NCBI GenBank assembly: GCA_029258835.1
Contig: JAPDJY010000019.1
Span: forward strand, 1-62,029
Source: Thermoproteota archaeon
GTDB taxonomy: Archaea; Asgardarchaeota; Jordiarchaeia; Jordiarchaeales; Freyrarchaeaceae
DNA: 62,029 bases
Reading direction: 5' to 3'
Position numbers and translations under genes: made by a program. Positions 38,978-46,574 of the stretch are shown in pieces; positions within the stretch are counted from its first letter, which is position 1, and the number at the start of each line of letters is the position of its first letter. Under the pieces are notes generated by a model. It searched no databases and was not told the origin of the DNA. It saw only the letters and a list, made by a program, of their open reading frames with translations.

Positions 38978-39462
38978 AGGTTTGCGTGTGCACAGTCTGC
39001 AACTCCTACTTCTCCTCCAAGGCTAAGAGGCCAAAGTGCCCTCGCTGTGGAGGGTGGGGTAAGAAGGTGTGTGAAGTGGAGAACGCCAGGGAGGCGGCGG
39101 AGAAGGTTAAGTTGCTTCAAGCACAACGGGTAGCGAATGGAGAAAAGGGTTTGCAACCCTGGCGTCTACCGGGCGGGACCCGTTCGGGTAGTGATTTTAG
39201 TTGTTCCGTACGAGCCACGTCCAAGCAGCAAGAGACCATAAGCATCCTGGGGATGCATAGAGAACTCGAGGAGAAGCGTAGACGGCGTCCTAATGGGTTG
39301 ACGAGCTTTATGCGCTTTGTCAGCATGATGGGCGGCGTGGTCTCCGAGGAGGACTTGTTTGCCCTCTTCGACCGTAACGTGATTGAACCCTTAATTGAGA
39401 GGTTAGAGGCTCAGGGAAGGGTGGTAAAGGTTGGCGGGAAGCTCGTCTTCAAAGACGTTTAG
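38974..39462 (+). CDS. Zn-ribbon plus C-terminal winged-helix protein
   Basis: CTVC...CPRC; C-terminal VSEEDL...LIERLEAQGRVVKVG. Confidence 0.7.
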   Translation: MKVCVCTVCNSYFSSKAKRPKCPRCGGWGKKVCEVENAREAAEKVKLLQAQRVANGEKGLQPWRLPGGTRSGSDFSCSVRATSKQQETISILGMHRELEEKRRRRPNGLTSFMRFVSMMGGVVSEEDLFALFDRNVIEPLIERLEAQGRVVKVGGKLVFKDV

Positions 39463-40023
39463 GTGGTCGCCGTGAGGGGATTAGTAGTCCACGTGTATGG
39501 TGAAGCGGGCAGCGGCAAGACCACCCTCGCGCTACGTATAGCGTCATCCCTGTCAGGTAGGGGCTTCCAGACCATTTACGTTTCAAGAAGCATTCCTAGA
39601 GGCTTCCTAAAGTTTGAAGGCGACAGAGTGGTCTTCCTGAGGGTTTCATCCGATGAATGCCTCGTCAGCCTACCTGAAACTGTTGAAAGTCTTCTTTCTC
39701 CGAGAGTAAAGCTCATAGTTGTAGACTCCGTTGCAGGACTTTTCAGGAATCTGAGGGAAACCGGGAGGCTGAGGCTTCTCCCCTTTGTCGCCCTAAGGCT
39801 GAGAAGGACTGCCTTGAAGAAAGGGCTATGCGTCCTGTTGCTGAACGAGGTAACTTCAATGAATGGGGAGGTTAAAGCTTGGGAGGGGGAGGAAGTGGAC
39901 AAGTACTCTGACGAGTCGATCCGCCTAGAAAAGTGGATGGCTGCTAGGGTAGCACTGGAACCCCTAGAACACCTCACCCCTACCTTTAAAGGCTTGCACA
40001 GCTGGCTAAGGAGGTTGAAGTAG
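39463..40023 (+). CDS. RadB-like RecA-family ATPase (core domain only)
   Basis: VYGEAGSGKTT Walker A, LIVVDSVAGLFR Walker B, LLNEV; start may be GTG 39472. Confidence 0.82.
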   Translation: MVAVRGLVVHVYGEAGSGKTTLALRIASSLSGRGFQTIYVSRSIPRGFLKFEGDRVVFLRVSSDECLVSLPETVESLLSPRVKLIVVDSVAGLFRNLRETGRLRLLPFVALRLRRTALKKGLCVLLLNEVTSMNGEVKAWEGEEVDKYSDESIRLEKWMAARVALEPLEHLTPTFKGLHSWLRRLK

Positions 40024-40968
40024 GTGAGGTCTTGGCTGCTCGTAGCGCTGTCCCCCCTCATACTTGTCATAGCGTTCTTCATGTTCAAGGCAACCCAGGC
40101 ATGCCTCCAAGGAAGCTTCAAAGCCCCTTTCTACATTGGAGCAATATACATCACAGCGTACTTGGTCATCCGCCGCATTCAAGGCTCGTGGAAAACAAGG
40201 CTAATTGAGGTTGGAGGGTTAGGGCACACCTGCCTAGCGTTTTCCCTCACGTTAAGGGCTAACTACCCTTCAAACATTCTCCCTTTAATTCCTGTTCTAG
40301 CTCTGGCCACGTCATCAGTAATCTATGCGATACTACGAGCTTTCCCGCCTCTAACCGCCTCAGCCGTGCTAAACTGGTTTGCCGCTTTTACGGGAAGCCG
40401 CTTCAGGCTCATAGCCTTCCTAAAGATTACGTCGCACGGCGACGCAGAAGCCCTGCTGGCTGAAGCATGGAAACACAACCTGGCTTTCACCATTGAAGCA
40501 TACAACGGCGAGGTGATTCTTTCCGTCACCGCTGAAGCTAGGCGCTATAGTAGAGCAGTGGAAGCAGTCAGGAGGAGAATGAGCTGGCTTGAAGAAGCTC
40601 TGAAGACGGCTGGGTTCACGTTCACCCGCGTTGAAGGGTGGATAGAGGTTGAAAGACTCCTGTACGCTCCCATATACCCCTCAGACCCGAACAAGCCATC
40701 GTGGAGGGGGGAGGCGCTGGCGCCAGCAGTCGGAGACGGGGAGGAAACAGGCTTGTTCCTTAAGCCGTCTGGTGAAGGATGGACGGCTGCCTTTCTTTCA
40801 CGTATCAAGGCAAGCAGAAGAGGCGGGTGGCGTGCTGTTAGAAGAAGCTTCGAACATCAATGCGTGTCCATCCCGTATCCTTCATCCACCCTCAAATCCT
40901 TCCTAACCCGAGCCTTACACTCGCCGAAGAGGGTGTCATGTGAGAAGCTGCATGTTGGAGGTGGTTGA
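40024..40968 (+). CDS. Membrane protein (about 4 N-terminal TM helices) with a soluble C-terminal alpha/beta domain
   Basis: Hydrophobic N-terminal third; ILSVTAEA..YSRAVEAVRRRMSWLEEALKTAGFTFTRV resembles VirB4/TraC N-terminal domains. Confidence 0.65.
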   Translation: MRSWLLVALSPLILVIAFFMFKATQACLQGSFKAPFYIGAIYITAYLVIRRIQGSWKTRLIEVGGLGHTCLAFSLTLRANYPSNILPLIPVLALATSSVIYAILRAFPPLTASAVLNWFAAFTGSRFRLIAFLKITSHGDAEALLAEAWKHNLAFTIEAYNGEVILSVTAEARRYSRAVEAVRRRMSWLEEALKTAGFTFTRVEGWIEVERLLYAPIYPSDPNKPSWRGEALAPAVGDGEETGLFLKPSGEGWTAAFLSRIKASRRGGWRAVRRSFEHQCVSIPYPSSTLKSFLTRALHSPKRVSCEKLHVGGG

Positions 40969-41973
40969 ATGGAGCTACGCGAAATAAAGGGTGTCGGACC
41001 CGACAAGCTAAGGAGGCTGATGAATGCAGGCTACAGCACGGTTGAAGCAGTAGCTTTCGCTAATCCTTCAGACCTTGCATCGGACGCGGGCATAGGGGAG
41101 CTGACGGCTAGAAGGCTAATTCAGGAGGCTAGGGGGATTGTGACGCGTGGCCAGGGACGTGGAGGAAAACTCATCGAAATACTCCCCGGCAGGGAGGCTA
41201 GAAGAATCCTTCAAAGCATTGAACGCGTCACCACGGGCCTTAAAGGGGTTGACCTGATTCTGGGCGGAGGCGTTGAAACCTGCGCCATAACGGAGTTCTA
41301 CGGTCCGGCTAGGGCTGGAAAAACCCAGATGTGCCATCAGCTCTGCGTCACGGTGCAGCTCCCCAAGGAAAAGGGTGGGCTTGAAGGGAGAGCCCTCTAC
41401 ATAGACACCGAGAGAACGGTAAGATATGACGCCCTGGCCAGGATTGCTGAGCGGTTCGGCTTGGACCCGGATGATGCATGCGACAACGTGTTTTACACAT
41501 ACGCTGTCAACAGCGAAGCCCTTCACCAAACGGTCAGGTCCCTTGACGAAGTGGTTAAGCAGAGTAGGGTCAAACTCGTCGTAGTAGACTGCCTCACAGG
41601 ACACTTCAGGGCTGAGTACACTGGTAGGGAGACGCTTGCCCTAAGGCAGCAGAAGATCAACAGGCTGATACACGACCTGCTCCGCTTAGCGCTAAGCTAC
41701 GACCTGGCGGTGGTCGTGACGAACCAGGTTCAAGCCCAGCCAGATGTATGGGGGAAAAGCGAAGCACCTACAGGCGGACACGTCGTAGCCCACGGGGTCA
41801 CCTACAGGGTGGCATTAACATCCAAAAAGTACAACGTGAGGGTTGCAAGCCTCGTAGACGCTCCAGCCCTGCCACCCTCATCAACCTTCTTCGCCATAAC
41901 TTCGAAGGGGTTGGTGGATGTAAGCGAGGAGGAAGTGGCGAAGGGAAAGCCGGTAGGCGAGGAGGAGTGGTAG
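40969..41973 (+). CDS. radA: RadA/Rad51-family recombinase (full length with HhH domain; probable paralogue)
   Basis: IKGVGP HhH, TEFYGPARAGKTQ, YIDTE, VVVDCLTGHFRAEYTGR, RQQKIN, TNQVQA and GGHVVAH motifs. Confidence 0.9.
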   Translation: MELREIKGVGPDKLRRLMNAGYSTVEAVAFANPSDLASDAGIGELTARRLIQEARGIVTRGQGRGGKLIEILPGREARRILQSIERVTTGLKGVDLILGGGVETCAITEFYGPARAGKTQMCHQLCVTVQLPKEKGGLEGRALYIDTERTVRYDALARIAERFGLDPDDACDNVFYTYAVNSEALHQTVRSLDEVVKQSRVKLVVVDCLTGHFRAEYTGRETLALRQQKINRLIHDLLRLALSYDLAVVVTNQVQAQPDVWGKSEAPTGGHVVAHGVTYRVALTSKKYNVRVASLVDAPALPPSSTFFAITSKGLVDVSEEEVAKGKPVGEEEW

Positions 41974-41974
41974 G

Positions 41975-42295
41975 GTGCTCCCCTTCATTTTACCCTTAGA
42001 CGTTAAAAGGCTTGAAGCTAGGCGGAGAAGAATGAAGCATAGGAGGACGATCCGATTGAAAGCTGAGAAATGGATGATTGCAGCAGCCTTGCCTGAAATG
42101 GAGGAGAAATGCGGGCATCTTTACGGTGAAGAATGCTGTGTAAGAGTTATAGATCTAAAGGAAGAAGTGGTGGAAGCGACGGTTATCGCTTCAAGCCCTG
42201 AAGTTGCCGAGGAAACCGCCGCCAGAATAAGGAGAGCATGCAGCATTCTCTGGAAAGCCGAGAAAGAAATGAGTAAAGAGGGGCAGGAGGCTTGA
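41975..42295 (+). CDS. Small hypothetical protein
   Basis: Coupled to both neighbours (1-nt and 3-nt gaps). Confidence 0.6.
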   Translation: MLPFILPLDVKRLEARRRRMKHRRTIRLKAEKWMIAAALPEMEEKCGHLYGEECCVRVIDLKEEVVEATVIASSPEVAEETAARIRRACSILWKAEKEMSKEGQEA

Positions 42296-42298
42296 GCG

Positions 42299-43003
42299 AT
42301 GAGTGGCGTAGCAGGTGAAGGGGGGAAAACTGGGGGGTTCAGCGAGGGGTTAAGTCAAGCTGGGTTTAAGAGTAGGAGGCCCTCTACGCGCTTGGCATGG
42401 ATCCTAGCGGTTGCTGCTACGCTTTCGCTCACCCTAGCCTTGGCTCCTTCACCCATCATCCTCTTAGCTCTAATCGCATTCTCAGCAATCGCTCTAGCTA
42501 TCTTAGCTCTTAAGTTCGCATTAAAACTTCACCAGCCAAGCCTTGAAAAGGTAACCCCCATTAGGCTCCCAGAACTTTTCCTGTCAGCTGGAAGGGATGT
42601 ACTGGTAGCCCGGAGGAGCGATGGGACATACGCCTATGGTGTGCTTCAAGTCTCGCTTGTCCCGGAAGTCGTGAAAGGAGACGTGAAAAGGTTCCTCAGA
42701 ATGCTTTACCTTAGCAAAACCTCCTTCTTCTATCACGCAAGGCAGGAAGCAGTCCACGCTGGAGTAGCTGGCGTCGAGGAGGAAAACGCTGCAGCCGTGG
42801 CAGGCGTGTGGAAAACAACAATCCTAATAGGGACGATGGTTAGGGCTAAGCATAGGCTGGAGGAGGCCGTGGAGGAGGCCCGAAGAAGGGTTCAACACGT
42901 TAAGTCATGCTTCGAAGCAGCGTTCCCACACCACAGAGTGGACGTGCTGAGGGGTAAAAGGCTAATCGACGCTGTGACTGGAGGAGGGATCCCTTTTTTA
43001 TGA
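42299..43003 (+). CDS. Two-TM membrane protein with a soluble C-terminal domain (VirB3/PrgI-like topology)
   Basis: TM hairpin LAWILAVAATLSLTLALAPSPIILLALIAFSAIALAILAL; ILIGTMV...LEEAVEEARRRVQHVKSCFEAAFP; ATGA overlap with the next gene. Confidence 0.65.
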   Translation: MSGVAGEGGKTGGFSEGLSQAGFKSRRPSTRLAWILAVAATLSLTLALAPSPIILLALIAFSAIALAILALKFALKLHQPSLEKVTPIRLPELFLSAGRDVLVARRSDGTYAYGVLQVSLVPEVVKGDVKRFLRMLYLSKTSFFYHARQEAVHAGVAGVEEENAAAVAGVWKTTILIGTMVRAKHRLEEAVEEARRRVQHVKSCFEAAFPHHRVDVLRGKRLIDAVTGGGIPFL

Positions 43004-44427
43004 CGGGAGCCGAGCTCAACCGCTACCTGACGCTTGAAGGCGTGCTACGAGTTGGGTTGCCGAGCAGGCCGCCCGCAGAGTTCACTCCACCACCCCTAAC
43101 CGTGGACTTCACCGTTGGGAAGATAATTGAAGCAGAGAACCTAGAGCCGCACGCGTCTTTCGGCTTCACCGTGGAGAACCTGTCAAGAGGGGTTCTCGTC
43201 GCTGGGGGAAGCTTGAATGAAAGGCTTAACACGGCCATAAAGATCATTGAAGGAGCAGCCAAGCTCGGCTGGAGCCACCTAGTGGCGACGAACGAAAACG
43301 TGAACGTGATAAAGTCACTCGTCCCCCCCGCAAGGGTTTACGACGGCTTCCCCCTAAACCCTCTAGACCCGGAAGACGCCTCCCCACCGGACTATGGCTC
43401 CACGCTCGCGCTCCTCCTACAGTCAGCCTTGGGGCTCTCAGACGTTCAAGCTGAAATACTGCAGGACGCCCTGAACATGTGCTATGATGAGGGAGCCCTC
43501 TCCCTCATAGATTTGAAGGAGAAGGTTAGGGAAGCGTCTATGAGCGACTTGAGGAGTCCGGCTGAGAGAAGGGAGGCTGAGCGGCTACACAGAACTCTAG
43601 GTCTCCTACTCTCGCTTAAGGGGGTGGAGAAGCTCACCCCAGCTCAGCCCCTAAAGCTTGCATGGCTCACCGGGGAACCGGTGGCTGCACGTCTCCCCTC
43701 ACCCATCTTAGCGGCTGTGGCACAAGCATCTCTTATGGCTAAAGCCTTAACGTCAAGCCTTAGGGGGTTCTCGGTGGTCGTGGAGCTGGACTCCTTCAAG
43801 GACACTGAGCCTTTAGCATGGGTCTTCGATAAGTTAAAGGAGAAAGGGGTTGGAGTTCTGGCGTTAACGTCGAACCTTTCAAGCCACATAAACACTGTTA
43901 AAAAGTTGGAGAATAGAGTCGTCCATAAGCTTAGCGATGGAGCAGAAACCTCCCTTGCGGGATCCCTGATTGGTCTTAAGGAGGAGGCGGCAAGCGTTCA
44001 AAGCGACAGGAGACAGCGCCTATACCAGAGGGAAGCCCTAAGGTACCTAGGGTGGGGTGAAGCGGTAGTTCAAAGAAGTGATGCTCCCTCACCCATGCTC
44101 GTCGTTTTCAGCAATGCTTTGAAAGCCCCCAGCGTTGAAGCCGAGCCACTACCCACGGTCGAAGGTCGTACACCCCTCCAAGTGGACTTCGGCTCGGTGG
44201 CCGAAGACGCTTTGAGGGTTCTCCAGCTGGTTTACGAGTTCCCCCAGATTACGCTCAGCCAGATAGTAGGCGGCCTCCCTGAAGTGGGTGAGATGGCCCG
44301 GGAGCTGGCATTAAGGCTCAAAGACAGAGGATACCTGGCGTCTTACAGGGACAGGAGGGGAAGACATGTTTTCACCGTTACCCGTAAAGGGGAGGAAGCA
44401 CTAAGAGGTGGAGGCAGATGGGTGTAA
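43000..44427 (+). CDS. HerA/VirB4/FtsK-like protein with degenerate Walker motifs and a C-terminal winged helix
   Basis: LSRGVLVAGGSLNER at the Walker A position, PLNPLDP, helical insert, VVVELD, LALTSNLS, ENRVVHKL, LRYLGWGEAVV; wHTH ending FTVTRKG. Confidence 0.7.
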   Translation: MTGAELNRYLTLEGVLRVGLPSRPPAEFTPPPLTVDFTVGKIIEAENLEPHASFGFTVENLSRGVLVAGGSLNERLNTAIKIIEGAAKLGWSHLVATNENVNVIKSLVPPARVYDGFPLNPLDPEDASPPDYGSTLALLLQSALGLSDVQAEILQDALNMCYDEGALSLIDLKEKVREASMSDLRSPAERREAERLHRTLGLLLSLKGVEKLTPAQPLKLAWLTGEPVAARLPSPILAAVAQASLMAKALTSSLRGFSVVVELDSFKDTEPLAWVFDKLKEKGVGVLALTSNLSSHINTVKKLENRVVHKLSDGAETSLAGSLIGLKEEAASVQSDRRQRLYQREALRYLGWGEAVVQRSDAPSPMLVVFSNALKAPSVEAEPLPTVEGRTPLQVDFGSVAEDALRVLQLVYEFPQITLSQIVGGLPEVGEMARELALRLKDRGYLASYRDRRGRHVFTVTRKGEEALRGGGRWV

Positions 44428-45224
44428 ACCTCTCGCCCTTCGTCGAGTGGCGCGCCCTTCCCCATCCAGGGAGGCTAGCGGTGGACGGGCATAACATGCT
44501 TGTTGGACTACTAAACTCTGGAGGGACACGCTCCGCAGTAGTCAACATGCTCTACAAGGTGCTAAGGCTTCTTGAACTAGGGGTTAAGCCGGTTATCGTC
44601 TTCGACGGAGCCCCCCACAAGCTTAAAGGGAAAACTGCTGGAAGCAGCAGACTGGTGGAAGCCGTTGAAAGGGTGAAGGAAGGGCTGCAGCTCATGGGGG
44701 TGCCGTGCGTTCATGCTCCGGGAGAAGCGGAAGCGCAGGCAGCCCATATGGCTATGAAAAAGGTGGTTGACGCAGCTTACACCATGGACTATGATGCCTT
44801 CCTTTTCGGGGCTCCCTTAGTCGTAAGAGGTGTGGGCGTCGAGGCTGCAGCTGGTGCGACTTTGAGAAGCGTGCTTCGTAAGGCTGGGTTAACGCTCCCC
44901 CAGCTGGTAGATGCGGCGGTTCTAGCAGGGACAGACTTTAACAAGGGCGTTAAAGGGGTGGGGGTGAAAACGGCTGTTGCCCTGGTGAAAAGGCATGGAT
45001 GCCTGGAAAACGTGCTTGAAGCGTTAAACATGCCGAAGAGCGTTTTCCTTGAAGCCAGGAAAGTATTTCTTCATCCAGCCGTCGCAGACGTAAAATTCTT
45101 CTTTACATCCCCGAACAAGCATGCCCTTAAAAGGTTCCTAAGGGAGAACGGCGTCAGAGGAGCAGAGCGCTTCGTAAGGCGGCTTGCAGGGGTAAAACTT
45201 AAACAAGCGAGGTTAGGATGGTAA
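44418..45224 (+). CDS. FEN1/XPG-family 5' nuclease paralogue (short, lacking the helical arch)
   Basis: MGVNL, LAVDGHN, VIVFDG, APGEAEAQAA, TMDYDAFLFG and GTDFNKGVKGVGVKTA motifs; PIP-like KQARLGW. Confidence 0.9.
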   Translation: MGVNLSPFVEWRALPHPGRLAVDGHNMLVGLLNSGGTRSAVVNMLYKVLRLLELGVKPVIVFDGAPHKLKGKTAGSSRLVEAVERVKEGLQLMGVPCVHAPGEAEAQAAHMAMKKVVDAAYTMDYDAFLFGAPLVVRGVGVEAAAGATLRSVLRKAGLTLPQLVDAAVLAGTDFNKGVKGVGVKTAVALVKRHGCLENVLEALNMPKSVFLEARKVFLHPAVADVKFFFTSPNKHALKRFLRENGVRGAERFVRRLAGVKLKQARLGW

Positions 45225-45225
45225 C

Positions 45226-46164
45226 ATGCTTCTCCTATTAGCCCTCCTCATGCTGGCTGCATTCTCCTGCATTATGGCAACGTTGAGGGCGGGGTTCTAC
45301 GTTAACCCTTTCAGCCTAATGTTGATGTTATGGCAAGCGCTTACTGCTCCATTAAGGCTCGCCAGGCGAAGGTGGAAGGCGTCGGCATCCGCTCTATCAG
45401 CTGCACTTACGCTAATAGGGCTGCTGTATGCTTACAGTTTCGGATTAGAGGTGGTAGACTTATGGAACCCCTCAACGCCGCTGCTTATAGCAGCAGCATG
45501 GATGCTGCACGTTTTCACATGCGTGCTCAACCTTCCACCCGTAGTATGGTTGATCCATGGGGGTGTTCACGTCGCCCTACCTATTGCAGTGTCAACCCTA
45601 GCCGGTGTCGGGGTTTACCTTCTCCTCAAAGGGTTAACGTGGAAGGCTGGCTTCACGCTTACAGCCTCACTCATAACCGCAACTACACCAATGGTCACCG
45701 AACGCTTACAGGTAGCAGTGCGCACGGTGCAGGCGACGCTGCCAGCAGAAACCATTACCGTAATCACCGTAATCGCGGCCTCTACGTTAGCCTTCTTAGC
45801 CGTAGCAGCGTCTTCTGTTTATAGAGGTAAAAGTATGGTTTACGTTGAAACGTTCCAAGCTTCTTACGTGTTCCCTTACAGGTTCGCTAGGAACGTGGTG
45901 GCTGGGGCTGCCAGCTGGGATAGCTCAGTTAGAACGGTTATGGTCGCGTTAGCTGAGGGGCAGAGAGTGCACGTCTTAGTTTCAGGGGTAAGCGAGGAAG
46001 AATTCAGGGAGAAAGTTAAAGAAGCACTGGGCTACGTGCCGACTCCACCCCCAACTAAGCAGGCTGAGAGATCGTGGAGGAAGTACGTGGAGGAAGGCGA
46101 CGTGAAACCAGCGGTGAACTATCTACTTCAGCAACTCGGAGTAACCGGCGGCCACGTCCCTTAA
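45226..46164 (+). CDS. Polytopic membrane protein (about 6-7 TM helices) with a soluble C-terminal domain
   Basis: The first roughly 200 aa are strongly hydrophobic; last gene of the operon. Confidence 0.7.
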   Translation: MLLLLALLMLAAFSCIMATLRAGFYVNPFSLMLMLWQALTAPLRLARRRWKASASALSAALTLIGLLYAYSFGLEVVDLWNPSTPLLIAAAWMLHVFTCVLNLPPVVWLIHGGVHVALPIAVSTLAGVGVYLLLKGLTWKAGFTLTASLITATTPMVTERLQVAVRTVQATLPAETITVITVIAASTLAFLAVAASSVYRGKSMVYVETFQASYVFPYRFARNVVAGAASWDSSVRTVMVALAEGQRVHVLVSGVSEEEFREKVKEALGYVPTPPPTKQAERSWRKYVEEGDVKPAVNYLLQQLGVTGGHVP

Positions 46165-46440
46165 TTGGCCATACATGTTGGGGTGGGAAGCGATGATGTT
46201 TAAAAGAACCATGCATCAATGCGGTTGAACTTCCGCCGTCAAGTTTAAGCTTCCCTTTAAGGATTTCCGGATCATGCTGGCTTAAGCTACGGGAGCCTTT
46301 GTATGCTTCTACTGTAAGCGCGCTGTTGAATTAGTCGTTAATCGAATAAATGGTGTTTCCAACTTAAGGGTGGATTCCTTTCTAAAAAACATAAACCGCT
46401 AAACGGCACTCAATTCAAATTTCTTTTTCCAGAGAGTTAA

Positions 46441-46459
46441 ATTTAACGTCACGTTAAAT
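46441..46459. repeat. Perfect palindrome ATTTAACGT-C-ACGTTAAAT
   Basis: 9-bp arms with a 1-nt spacer, in the intergenic region between convergent genes. Confidence 0.8.
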
Positions 46460-46574
46460 CAGACCGTCCGAGACGATGGAAAAACCATCGGCTTTGAAGG
46501 AGAATTAACTCGTTGAGCACCCTCGAATTTCCTCAATTTTAGGCTTCCTATGTTTTTACCTTTATTGAACACAA

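Noticed and set aside
32518-46164. Interpretation as a provirus or integrated conjugative plasmid
   Set aside because: No integrase, relaxase, primase, capsid or flanking att/tRNA repeat; base composition resembles the housekeeping genes.
46441-46459. Palindrome as a Xer/dif site
   Set aside because: dif sites have about 11-bp arms around a 6-bp spacer; this has 9-bp arms and a 1-nt spacer.
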